Positions 29,548-38,376 of a stretch of 64,000 nucleotides of DNA are shown one piece after another. The notes under the pieces were generated by a model, which saw only the letters and a list, made by a program, of their open reading frames with translations, did no database searches and was not told the origin of the DNA. Position 1 is the first letter of the stretch. Every line of letters starts with the position of its first letter. The DNA comes from Elainellaceae cyanobacterium. Lineage in GTDB: Bacteria; Cyanobacteriota; Cyanobacteriia; CAKZMO01. The translations under genes were made by a program, and so were the position numbers. The stretch lies in the NCBI GenBank assembly GCA_050331115.1, contig JBHJHD010000006.1, positions 39,522 through 103,521 on the forward strand, written 5' to 3'.

Positions 29548-30719
29548 AAAGTCAACCATTAGATATCGCAAAGACAAAGATCATTCATAGCCATCCCACA
29601 TGGCTCACACAAACTCAGACTTGGATGTACAATCTAGTCTGTCACTTGCCTGACACGATAGAAAACCACATTGTCTGTGAAGAGACGGAAAACCTAGAGC
29701 AATTTGAATTACCCAATATTCACGCTTTAAAAGATATCAACGGGTGGGATTATTTTTGGTACAAGAGGCTGAAAAAGCTCAAGATAGCTCGCCGCCACCC
29801 AAAGCTTTTAGTAGAGGTTTCGAGGCAGAATAGCGTACCCATTCTTCACTCTCACTTTGGGCACATTGGTTGGCAAGATGTAGAAGCAGCAAGGCGGGCG
29901 GAGCTCAAACACGTCGTGTCGTTCTACGGCTGGGACGTGAATTCACTCCCCCAACAGAAGCCATACTGGCGCGCTAGATATGCTGAGCTGTTCGCCCATG
30001 TAAATCAGGTCCTGTGTGAAGGACCGTACATGGCTGAGCGCATTGTAGATTTAGGATGCCCTTCTGATAAGATTGACGTCTATCACTTGGGAATCGCTAT
30101 TGATAAAATTGCGTTCAAGCCCAGAAAGTGGAGCCCTTCCGAACCACTGCGGGTGCTGATCGCAGCTTCATTTAAGGAAAAGAAGGGAATTCCATATGCT
30201 CTAGAAGCACTGGGCAGCCTTCAGCATCGGCTTCCCATAGAGGTGACTATCGTTGGCGATGCCAACTATGAGAAGAAGAGCCAGCTTGAAAAGCAAAAGA
30301 TTTTATCAGTAATCGATAATCACGGCCTCAGCTCTAAAGTCAAGATGCTGGGATATCAGCCCTATCAGAACATCTTTAAAGAAGCCTATCGGCACCACGT
30401 TTTCATCTCACCAAGCGTGACGGCAAGTGATGGCGATACTGAAGGGGGAGCACCGGTATCTCTAATTGAAATGGCTGCCACAGGTATGCCCATCGTTAGT
30501 ACGCAGCACTGCGATATTCCTGAGGTCATTCATCACAATGTGACCGGCTTACTTGCAGAGGAGCGAGATGTATCCGGACTCGTCTCACACCTAGAGTGGT
30601 TGGTCAATCATCCTGAGAAGTGGCAAGACATGACGATGGCCGGTCGAAAGCGTGTAGAGGCGGAATATGACGCGCGACTTCAAGGAGAAAAGTTAGCAGC
30701 GATCTATTTAAACTTATAA
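29544..30719 (+). CDS. WcaL-like GT4 glycosyltransferase
   Basis: HSHFG, EKKGIPY, SVTASDGDTEGGAPVSLIEMAATG; GTGA overlap with the flippase stop. Confidence 0.88.
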   Translation: MKSQPLDIAKTKIIHSHPTWLTQTQTWMYNLVCHLPDTIENHIVCEETENLEQFELPNIHALKDINGWDYFWYKRLKKLKIARRHPKLLVEVSRQNSVPILHSHFGHIGWQDVEAARRAELKHVVSFYGWDVNSLPQQKPYWRARYAELFAHVNQVLCEGPYMAERIVDLGCPSDKIDVYHLGIAIDKIAFKPRKWSPSEPLRVLIAASFKEKKGIPYALEALGSLQHRLPIEVTIVGDANYEKKSQLEKQKILSVIDNHGLSSKVKMLGYQPYQNIFKEAYRHHVFISPSVTASDGDTEGGAPVSLIEMAATGMPIVSTQHCDIPEVIHHNVTGLLAEERDVSGLVSHLEWLVNHPEKWQDMTMAGRKRVEAEYDARLQGEKLAAIYLNL

Positions 30720-30890
30720 CTGTCTTTAGCGAGCCTGGGCTGACCTGAAGCTGTAGCCGCTGCCGAAAAAGAAGAATAGGTCTATTGCGCTGGTCGCCAT
30801 GCATCAGGACATTTGCTATATCGCCTCGCGTCAACGCCTTAGCGATCGCATCAAGGCGAGACCCCCCGGCGGACTGTTTCTCGGGCTAGC

Positions 30891-31448
30891 ATGTCGGGCT
30901 ACACTACTGGGGTCACAGTGCAGTGCAGCTTTATCGCCTCGCGGCCCCCATCCTCACATCCCCCATCCTCACTCACCGAAAGACACCCCACCCTAGAGCG
31001 GCTCCGCTCCATCAGCAATCTGCTGGACAACGCCATTCAAATTCCAGGGACAGACTACCGGATTGGGCTCGACCCCATTTTGGGGCTGCTGCCCGCTGGG
31101 GGAGACATCGTCGGCACGGTGCTGTCTGCCTATCTAATCGTTGAGGCGGCTAGGCTGCAGACGCCTACCAATATTATTGCCCGCATGGCCTTCAACATCG
31201 CGCTTGAGACCATCATCGGCGCAGTGCCGGTAGTGGGTGACCTATTCGACTTCGCCTGGAAAGCAAACGCCCGCAATCTAAAGCTGCTGGAGTCCCAGTT
31301 CGACCAGCCGGCACGTCCTGCTAGACCTAGGCCCAGGCAGCGGTGGCGCGTCTTCTTGATTTTGATGCTCCTTGGCCTAGTGCTAACTCTTGTAATTGCG
31401 GGCTATATCGCCCTGCTGCGGTGGATAGTAGGCCTGCTGGGGGGGTAA
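30891..31448 (+). CDS. DUF4112 membrane protein (true start probably downstream)
   Basis: LLDNAIQIPGTDYRIGLDPILGLLP, GAVPVVGDLFDFAWKANARN. Confidence 0.85.
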   Translation: MSGYTTGVTVQCSFIASRPPSSHPPSSLTERHPTLERLRSISNLLDNAIQIPGTDYRIGLDPILGLLPAGGDIVGTVLSAYLIVEAARLQTPTNIIARMAFNIALETIIGAVPVVGDLFDFAWKANARNLKLLESQFDQPARPARPRPRQRWRVFLILMLLGLVLTLVIAGYIALLRWIVGLLGG

Positions 31449-31498
31449 TCTCTTGGAGCGGGTAGGCCCTAGAGGAAAAGGCAAATTGGCTCATCGTG

Positions 31499-31837
31499 CT
31501 AACTTGAGGTTTCCTCCTGGTTAGGCATCGCCTTTGATAGGTGCGCGTAGCCGTACATATGAGGATGATAGAGCGATTGAACGGGGCGATCGCCCTCTAA
31601 ATGCTCTACAACAATGGTCGAGACATCGCTCGGCTTCACGCGGCAGTAAGAAACGCTGTCTGGCATGATGCGCACATTGGGGCCAACGCTACACTGGCTG
31701 CTGCAGCCGCTCTCGGACACAAGCACGGGCATGGCGGTCTGCGACTGGAAGGCCTCCAGTACCGCTGCCGCTCCGGCCCTCAGGCAGGAGCGGTTCTGAC
31801 ACACTAAAACGCAGCGTCGCTTTGGCTGGGGTGACAA
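31499..31837 (-). CDS. Thioredoxin-like [2Fe-2S] ferredoxin
   Basis: VLVCQNRSC...SGCSSQCSVGPNVRI; TTG start. Confidence 0.85.
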   Translation of the reverse strand: MSPQPKRRCVLVCQNRSCLRAGAAAVLEAFQSQTAMPVLVSESGCSSQCSVGPNVRIMPDSVSYCRVKPSDVSTIVVEHLEGDRPVQSLYHPHMYGYAHLSKAMPNQEETSS

Positions 31838-31931
31838 ATTTATAAAAGAGATTTTGAATGGATGCCATCAGCATACGAAATCTCAAGGGCAACTGTCTAA
31901 CCCAAAGGCCTGAAGACGCTGGCGCGATCGC

Positions 31932-32945
31932 TCAACCCATGAGGCTGCCGAGGGATCGCATCATGTTTTTAGGGTTCATGGCGTCTAGGGCGGCGGTGGG
32001 CTCGTAGCCGCAGTGCACCATACAGTCAGCGCATTGAGGGTTGCCGCTGCGGTGTCCATACTGGTCCCACTCGGTGTTCTCCATCAGCTCTTGGAACGTT
32101 TCATAGTGGCCTTCGTTGAGCAGATAGCAGGGCTTTTGCCAGCCTAGAACGCTGTAGCTAGGGCTGCCCCAGGGGGTACACTCGTAGTCCTTCTCCCCCG
32201 TCAGGAAGTCGAGAAACAGAGGGTTGTGGTTAAAGTTCCACTTCTTCTTGCCCAGCCTCATGGGCGCTAGAATTTCTCGGAACAAAGCCCTGGTCTGCTC
32301 CCGCTTCAGGAAGTGCTCCTGGTCGGGGGCCCATTCGTAGCTGTAGCCGGGGGAGACCATCATGCCATCAATCCCTAGCGTGTTGAGGAAGTCAAAGAAC
32401 GCCTGGATATCCTTGGGGTCTGCGCCCTCAAAGATTGTGGTGTTAGTGGTCACCCGAAACCCGCGCGCTTTGGCGGCCTTAATGGCCTTGACCGCCGTAT
32501 CAAACACGCCATCCTGGTCCACAGAGCGATCGTGGTGCTCGCCGAGGCCGTCTAGGTGCACGCTAAAGGTCAAGTAGGGCGAGGGCGTAAACTTGTCGAG
32601 GCTCCGCTCTAGTAAGATGGCATTGGTGCACAGATAGATGTATTTCTGGCGCGCAACTAGACCCTCAACAATCTCTTTAATTTGGGGGTGCAGAAGCGGC
32701 TCTCCACCGGGAATAGAGACGACGGGTACGCCGCACTCCTCAACGGCGGCGAAGCACTCTTCCGGGGTTAGGTGCTGCTTGAGAATTTCTTTGGGATGCT
32801 GAATCTTGCCGCAGCCTGGGCAAGCCAGGTTGCAGCGAAACAGAGGCTCTAGCATCAGCACGAGCGGAAAGCGCTTGCGCCCCTGAAGCCGCTGGGTAAT
32901 TAGATATTTAGCAACGCTAGCAGCTTGCTGTAGTTGAACGGCCAT
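31932..32945 (-). CDS. hpnH: Adenosyl-hopene transferase (radical SAM)
   Basis: [22 protein letters not shown] (CX3CX2C), [23 protein letters not shown]. Confidence 0.93.
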   Translation of the reverse strand: MAVQLQQAASVAKYLITQRLQGRKRFPLVLMLEPLFRCNLACPGCGKIQHPKEILKQHLTPEECFAAVEECGVPVVSIPGGEPLLHPQIKEIVEGLVARQKYIYLCTNAILLERSLDKFTPSPYLTFSVHLDGLGEHHDRSVDQDGVFDTAVKAIKAAKARGFRVTTNTTIFEGADPKDIQAFFDFLNTLGIDGMMVSPGYSYEWAPDQEHFLKREQTRALFREILAPMRLGKKKWNFNHNPLFLDFLTGEKDYECTPWGSPSYSVLGWQKPCYLLNEGHYETFQELMENTEWDQYGHRSGNPQCADCMVHCGYEPTAALDAMNPKNMMRSLGSLMG

Positions 32946-33505
32946 GGGATCTCCTCACGCGATGTCTCCTAAGGGCAGGAGTTTTACTGTGTTGATATAT
33001 TAGCTTGACCCTAACGAAACGTTGTGGGGTTGGGGATTAAGACTTTTGGCAAAAGCGCTTCTTGAGCTTAGCTAGATTTCTAGCCTAGTGGATGAGCTGT
33101 ATCTGAACAGAGGGACATTATTCTATTGTGTCAGCGATCGCTAAAAGCCGACACGACCTTATGAAGGCTTATCAGAAGAGCTCGGCCTCCGTAGGCGATC
33201 GCCTCTTATGTTGTTATCGTTACACCGATTTTCAGCAGGCTATGAAAGGACTCCGCGCCTATTTCGTGACCACGACCTCAGCAGCCTGCTGCATCCAGTT
33301 TAGGCACCGCCACCAACGCTGATATCATACCGGCACGCTGTGACTTTTACCCCACGGGGGCCAGCACCGCTTCTCGGTCCGCAGACTGTACCAGAGTAGA
33401 GATCGCGATACCTAATTTTTATGCTCTTAACCCTGCTACATCATTACACCTGAGAAGAAGTAAGTATCGCTTACGTCACAACCAGTATTATCTGAAGGCA
33501 AAAAA

Positions 33506-34120
33506 ATGGACTTTAAAAAGTTTATCGCTGCCAACGACGGGAAGTTAGACGGTATGACCTTCGCGGCCCAAGACCTGTCTGGCCTTAATCTAGAACGTGC
33601 CTCGCTACGAAATGCAGATCTGCGGGGTGCCAACCTCACCGGAGTAAATCTAGCCCATGCCGACTTAACCGGAGCTGATTTGTCCCGAGCCGACCTGGCG
33701 GAAGCCAACTTGACGGAAGCCAATGTTAAGAACGCCAGGTTGCGCAATGTAAGCCTGCGAAAAGCAGTTCTAGTGATGACCTGCTTCCGCGGAGCTGATT
33801 TGGCTGGAGCCGACTTGATGGGAGCAAACCTTATGGGTAGCGACCTGACCCGGGCGGTTTTAGCCGGAGCACAGGTTTCAGCCCTAGAGCTTCAAGACTG
33901 TCGCCTTAGCTCGGCCATACTACCGTCTGGGGAACGCTTTAAGGAACGTATCGATGTGGATAAGGACAGTAGGGGAGAAAATATTAGTACGGCTGGGGGT
34001 ACCTGGGAGATGATAGCTGTGCAGCAGAGCCCTCAATCGATTCAGGATAGTCGCTCTCGTCCTCAAGCTAGTGGGAGAGCCAAAATGACGTACCGAGGCC
34101 GCCGCTATTTCAAGCGATAA
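33506..34120 (+). CDS. Pentapeptide repeat protein
   Basis: A(D/N)LXX repeats; C-terminal MTYRGRRY tail. Confidence 0.88.
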   Translation: MDFKKFIAANDGKLDGMTFAAQDLSGLNLERASLRNADLRGANLTGVNLAHADLTGADLSRADLAEANLTEANVKNARLRNVSLRKAVLVMTCFRGADLAGADLMGANLMGSDLTRAVLAGAQVSALELQDCRLSSAILPSGERFKERIDVDKDSRGENISTAGGTWEMIAVQQSPQSIQDSRSRPQASGRAKMTYRGRRYFKR

Positions 34121-34247
34121 GCAGTTTGAGCCCCAAATAGCTGAATAGGCGATCACAGACATCTGCGATCGCCTATTCAATAGATACTATTGCGCTGGCT
34201 CAGCTGCTTGAAGCAGTGCCTTTGACTGCGCCACGCGATGCGAACGG

Positions 34248-34892
34248 CTAAAGCAGCGTCAGGAGGTAAATCAGCGCAAACAGCACAATCCAGATAATGT
34301 CCACAAAGTGCCAGTAGATCTCAGCCATCTCGATGCCCGTGTGGGCTGACTCCGAGTAGTGGCCGACGCGGCGCGATCGCCACAGCACGCCGAGAATGAG
34401 CAGCACGCCCACCAACACATGCAGGCCGTGGAAGCCCGTCATGATATAGAAGCAGTTAGAAAAGATGTTGGTCTTGAGGCCATAGCCCAGGGTCAGATAC
34501 TCGTAGACCTGACCGGCCAGAAATACGGCTCCCATGGCCGCCGTGATGCCGTACCAAAGACGCATCCCGTTGACGTTGTTATCCTTGATAGCGGTATCGC
34601 CCTTGTGAATCACAAAGCTGCTGGACACCAGAATAATCGTGTTAATGGTAGGCAGCAGCAGCTCCACCTCGGTGCCCTCGGGGGGCCATTCCGCCACGCT
34701 GCCCCTGAAGACGAGGTAGACGGCGAATAGCCCGCAGAACATTAAGGATTCTGAAGCCAAAAAGGTAATGAGACCAAAGACGCGCAGGTCAGGGTGGGCG
34801 TGGTCGCCGTGACCATGGGCCTCGTGTCCGTGAGCCTCGGAATGCTCTGCGGTGGTGATTTCGTTTACTTGGGTCGGTGTGGTGTCAACCAT
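34248..34892 (-). CDS. ctaE: Cytochrome c oxidase subunit III
   Basis: FLASESLMF, TGFHGLHV, YWHFVDIIW. Confidence 0.95.
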   Translation of the reverse strand: MVDTTPTQVNEITTAEHSEAHGHEAHGHGDHAHPDLRVFGLITFLASESLMFCGLFAVYLVFRGSVAEWPPEGTEVELLLPTINTIILVSSSFVIHKGDTAIKDNNVNGMRLWYGITAAMGAVFLAGQVYEYLTLGYGLKTNIFSNCFYIMTGFHGLHVLVGVLLILGVLWRSRRVGHYSESAHTGIEMAEIYWHFVDIIWIVLFALIYLLTLL

Positions 34893-34925
34893 AGATGTAG
34901 CGCCTCATAGCAGGACAGTGTTGAA

Positions 34926-35001
34926 GACCCCCTCTAACTCCCCCTTGCTAAGGGGGAGAACCAAGATTTCCCCCCTTACTAAGAGGGGACTAAGGGGGGT
35001 C
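34926..35001. repeat. Nested-hairpin short dispersed repeat (CCCCCTT-N3-AAGGGGG type)
   Basis: Outer GACCCCC...GGGGGTC arms enclose two CCCCCTT-NCT-AAG(A)GGGG hairpins between ctaD and ctaE. Confidence 0.85.
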
Positions 35002-36661
35002 AGGACGATGGCTCCGGCTCAGCCTCTTCTAGCTGAATTCCTTGGCCGTACTCATAAGGGCCGTGGCGAAGAACCGGCAGCACTTCCCAGTTCTCAATAA
35101 TCGGCGGAGACTCGGTGGTCCACTCGAAAGTCAAAGCTCTCCAGGGGTTCCCGACCGCCTTCTCGCCGCGCACCCAGCTCCAGACCACATTCACCAAGAA
35201 CGGCAGCACAGAGATACCCAGGACAAACGCCCCGAAGGTACAGAGCTGGTTGATGGTTTGGAACTTGGGGTCGTACATGGCCACCCGGCGGGGCATGCCC
35301 TGCAGCCCTAGGCTATGCATGGGCAAAAAGGTAAGGTTGGTGCCAATGAAGGTCAGCGCGAAGTGCACCTTGCCCAAGCCCTCGTTGAGCATGTGGCCGG
35401 TCATCTTGGGGAACCAGTGGTAGATGCCCGCGTAGAGGCCAAACACCGAGCCGCCAAACAGGACGTAGTGGAAGTGGGCCACCACATAGTAGGTGTCGTG
35501 GGCGTGCACGTCCACCGGGGCCGCCCCTAGTGTGACGCCGCTGAGACCGCCGATCACAAACATCAGCAGCAGGCCAATGGCAAACAGCATGGCGCTGTTG
35601 AGGCGAATCTTACCGCCCCAGAGGGTGGCCATCCAGCTGAAGATTTTGACGCCTGTAGGCACGGAAATCACCAGGGTGGAGATTGTGAAAAACAGCCGCA
35701 TCCAGGGCGGGGTGCCGCTGGTGAACATGTGGTGCACCCAGACAAACAGGCCCACGAAGCAGATAGCCAAGCTAGAGTAGGCGATCGCCTTGTAGCCAAA
35801 GATAGGCCGACGGGCGTGTACCGGTATCACCTCGGACATGATGCCTAAGATCGGCAGGATCATCAGGTACACCGCCGGGTGAGAGTAGAACCAGAACAGG
35901 TGCTGGTACATAACCACGTCTCCACCGGCTTCGGGGCGGAAGAAGGAGGTGCCGAAGTTGATGTCAAACAGCAGCAGGATCAGGCCCGCCGCCAGCACGG
36001 GCGTGGAGCACAGCGCCAGAATCGAGGTGGCTAAAATAGACCAGCAAAACAGGGGCATGTCGTTCCAGCCCATGCTGGGAACCCGCATCTTGAAGAGGGT
36101 GACGATAAAGTTCACCGCGCCCAAGATCGAGGAGGTTCCAGCGATGACGATGGCCAAAATCCACATGCTCTGGGCCGTGTTGGCCGTAATCAGGCTTAGC
36201 GGCGGGTAGCTGGTCCAGCCGCTTTGAGCGCCGCCAAAGAAAAAGCTGCCCAGCAGCAGGCCGCCAGCCGGTGGCAGCATCCAAAAGGCGATCGCGTTCA
36301 GGTTGGGGAACGCCATATCTCGGCACCCAATCATCAGGGGGATGAGATAGTTGCCGAAGCCGCCAATCGCCGCGGGCACGATCCACATGAAGATCATGAT
36401 GGTGCCGTGGTTGGTCAAAAAGGCGTTGTAAAGACTGGGATCGAGGAGGTCGGCATCGGGGGTGGCCAGCTCGGCGCGCATGGCCAGGGCCATCAGGCCG
36501 CCAATCAGATAAAACGTAAAGGCCAGGACGAGGTACTGAATACCGATGACCTTGTGGTCAATGTTGTAGGTGAAGTATTCGTACCACCGCCAAGCCTTAC
36601 GCTCGTCGTGGTCAGGCCGGTCTGAGCCGGTCTGACCAAAAGGAATTTGTGCTTGAGCCAT
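35000..36661 (-). CDS. ctaD: Cytochrome c oxidase subunit I
   Basis: DHKVIGIQY, HGTIMIF, WFYSHPAVY, VWVHHMF, AHFHYV. Confidence 0.97.
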   Translation of the reverse strand: MAQAQIPFGQTGSDRPDHDERKAWRWYEYFTYNIDHKVIGIQYLVLAFTFYLIGGLMALAMRAELATPDADLLDPSLYNAFLTNHGTIMIFMWIVPAAIGGFGNYLIPLMIGCRDMAFPNLNAIAFWMLPPAGGLLLGSFFFGGAQSGWTSYPPLSLITANTAQSMWILAIVIAGTSSILGAVNFIVTLFKMRVPSMGWNDMPLFCWSILATSILALCSTPVLAAGLILLLFDINFGTSFFRPEAGGDVVMYQHLFWFYSHPAVYLMILPILGIMSEVIPVHARRPIFGYKAIAYSSLAICFVGLFVWVHHMFTSGTPPWMRLFFTISTLVISVPTGVKIFSWMATLWGGKIRLNSAMLFAIGLLLMFVIGGLSGVTLGAAPVDVHAHDTYYVVAHFHYVLFGGSVFGLYAGIYHWFPKMTGHMLNEGLGKVHFALTFIGTNLTFLPMHSLGLQGMPRRVAMYDPKFQTINQLCTFGAFVLGISVLPFLVNVVWSWVRGEKAVGNPWRALTFEWTTESPPIIENWEVLPVLRHGPYEYGQGIQLEEAEPEPSS

Positions 36662-36773
36662 AGTGACTGGTGATGTTGCTTAAACTGCAAAGAGTGTGTT
36701 GCCGGAATCGATTGCCTAGCCGGTGGGCAATCGGGCGCGAAATGGACGTCAGGTCAGCGATCGCCCCAGAAGT

Positions 36774-37751
36774 TTACTGAGGCTCTGAAGCGGTCTGGGC
36801 GATCGCGATGGTCTGCTGAGGATTAGCTTGGGCAACGCGGTTCTCGTTTAGCCACTGAGCATACTCATCAGGCGTCTGGATGATCACCTGACTGCGCATG
36901 CCGCCATGGTAGGCTCCGCAAAGCTCAGCGCAGACGATGGGGTAGGTCCCGGGGCCGCTAGCGATAAATCGCAGCTGCGTTTCTTTCCCCGGCAGCGCAT
37001 CCTGCTTGAGGCGAAACTCGGGGACCCAAAATGAGTGAATCACATCTTGAGCCGAGAGGTTGAGCTGTACATCGCGCTCGGCAGGGATATGAAGCTCGCC
37101 GCTGATGATGCCGTCATCGGGATAGTTAAATAGCCAGGCGTACTGCATGCCTGTGACGTTGACCACAACATCCGGGGCCCCCGCTTTGGGTCCCGCGCCG
37201 TAGCCGTACTTGGTGCGATTTTGCGCCAGCTCATCGGTCTGGTTTTCAGGCGGGTTGGCCTCAGCCAATAGCGGAGCCCGATCGGCCGCGATATCTCCAC
37301 CGGTCTGACCCAGGTCAGCCTGGGCCAAAAGCGTGGCGTCAGCGCCGTCAATCATCACTAGATCGGCCATGTGGTCGTGCTGCTGACTGGGGGATAGACC
37401 CCCCATCTGCTGAAACACATCGACGCTGTAGATGCCGATGCCGATGACGACAATGGCCGGAATCGCCGTCCAAAAGGCCTCTAGCGGCAGGTTGCCCTCG
37501 ATGGGGCTGCCGTCCTCGTTATCGCCAGGACGCTGGCGGTAGCGAATCGCAAAGTAGATGATTGTCCCTTCGACGACAATGAAGAAGGCCGTGGCGACGG
37601 TAATCATTGAATCGAATAGACCATCTACCAACTCGGCCTGCATCGAAGCCTGCTCAGGCATAAGTCCGTGGTTTTGACCCATCCATAGACTACCTAACGT
37701 GATAAAAATGCCAGCTATGAGGGTTAGAAGCGGAGTTGGAATTTGTTTCAT
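36774..37751 (-). CDS. ctaC: Cytochrome c oxidase subunit II (CuA)
   Basis: DVIHSFWVP, CAELCGAYHGGM. Confidence 0.95.
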   Translation of the reverse strand: MKQIPTPLLTLIAGIFITLGSLWMGQNHGLMPEQASMQAELVDGLFDSMITVATAFFIVVEGTIIYFAIRYRQRPGDNEDGSPIEGNLPLEAFWTAIPAIVVIGIGIYSVDVFQQMGGLSPSQQHDHMADLVMIDGADATLLAQADLGQTGGDIAADRAPLLAEANPPENQTDELAQNRTKYGYGAGPKAGAPDVVVNVTGMQYAWLFNYPDDGIISGELHIPAERDVQLNLSAQDVIHSFWVPEFRLKQDALPGKETQLRFIASGPGTYPIVCAELCGAYHGGMRSQVIIQTPDEYAQWLNENRVAQANPQQTIAIAQTASEPQ

Positions 37752-37872
37752 ACGGAATGGGCGTATGGTTACTATTAGAATTCTAGGAGCGGACCCTTGT
37801 TCACATCGGCATTCTTCGCATTTGCTTTAGCAAGTGTGGCAATGCGCAACATTCTGTTACATTTTCTCGCCC

Positions 37873-38307
37873 ATGCAGGGATTTCCCAAAGTCAGGCTGA
37901 TTGCCGTTGGTAAAATTAAAAAGCCCTGGATTCAGGCCGGGGTTGAGACCTACTGCAGGCGGCTGCCGGAAGTCAGTCTGGCCGAAATTAAAGACAGCAG
38001 CCCGGACGCAGAGGCGCGCAGGATCTTGTCCATGGGCCGTGCGGGCGATCGCCTCATTGCCCTCTCAGAAGACGGCGATCGCCTGACCTCTACCGAGTTT
38101 GCCCAAATGTTTGCCGCCGTCGAATCTAATGCGCTGGTGTTCTGCATTGGCGGTCCCGTTGGCATCAGTCCTATCCTGCGGTCGGTGGCCCACCGCATCC
38201 TCAGCCTGTCGCCCATGACCTTTCCCCATGAGCTGGCCCGGCTGCTGCTGCTAGAGCAGATTTACCGGGCAAAGACGATTTTGCAGGGCGGCACGTATCA
38301 TAAATAG
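37873..38307 (+). CDS. rlmH: 23S rRNA (pseudouridine1915-N3)-methyltransferase
   Basis: LIAVGKIK, FCIGGPVG, LSLSPMTFPHELARLLLLEQIYRA...YHK; ATG at 37873 preferred over the track start at 37834. Confidence 0.93.
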   Translation: MQGFPKVRLIAVGKIKKPWIQAGVETYCRRLPEVSLAEIKDSSPDAEARRILSMGRAGDRLIALSEDGDRLTSTEFAQMFAAVESNALVFCIGGPVGISPILRSVAHRILSLSPMTFPHELARLLLLEQIYRAKTILQGGTYHK

Positions 38308-38376
38308 GCCATACTCAATAACCCATTCTGGCCACCACCGGCCGGCGGCGAGGGTGCTGCCAGCCAAACGCTGCAG

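Noticed and set aside
25008-30719. HIP1 depletion as proof of recent horizontal transfer
   Set aside because: HIP1 sites are present (about 25185 and 29352), and a proper count against the genome rate could not be done by eye.
31932-32945. Hopanoid or radical-SAM biosynthetic cluster around hpnH
   Set aside because: No shc or other hpn genes and no precursor peptide nearby; a stand-alone hpnH is ordinary.
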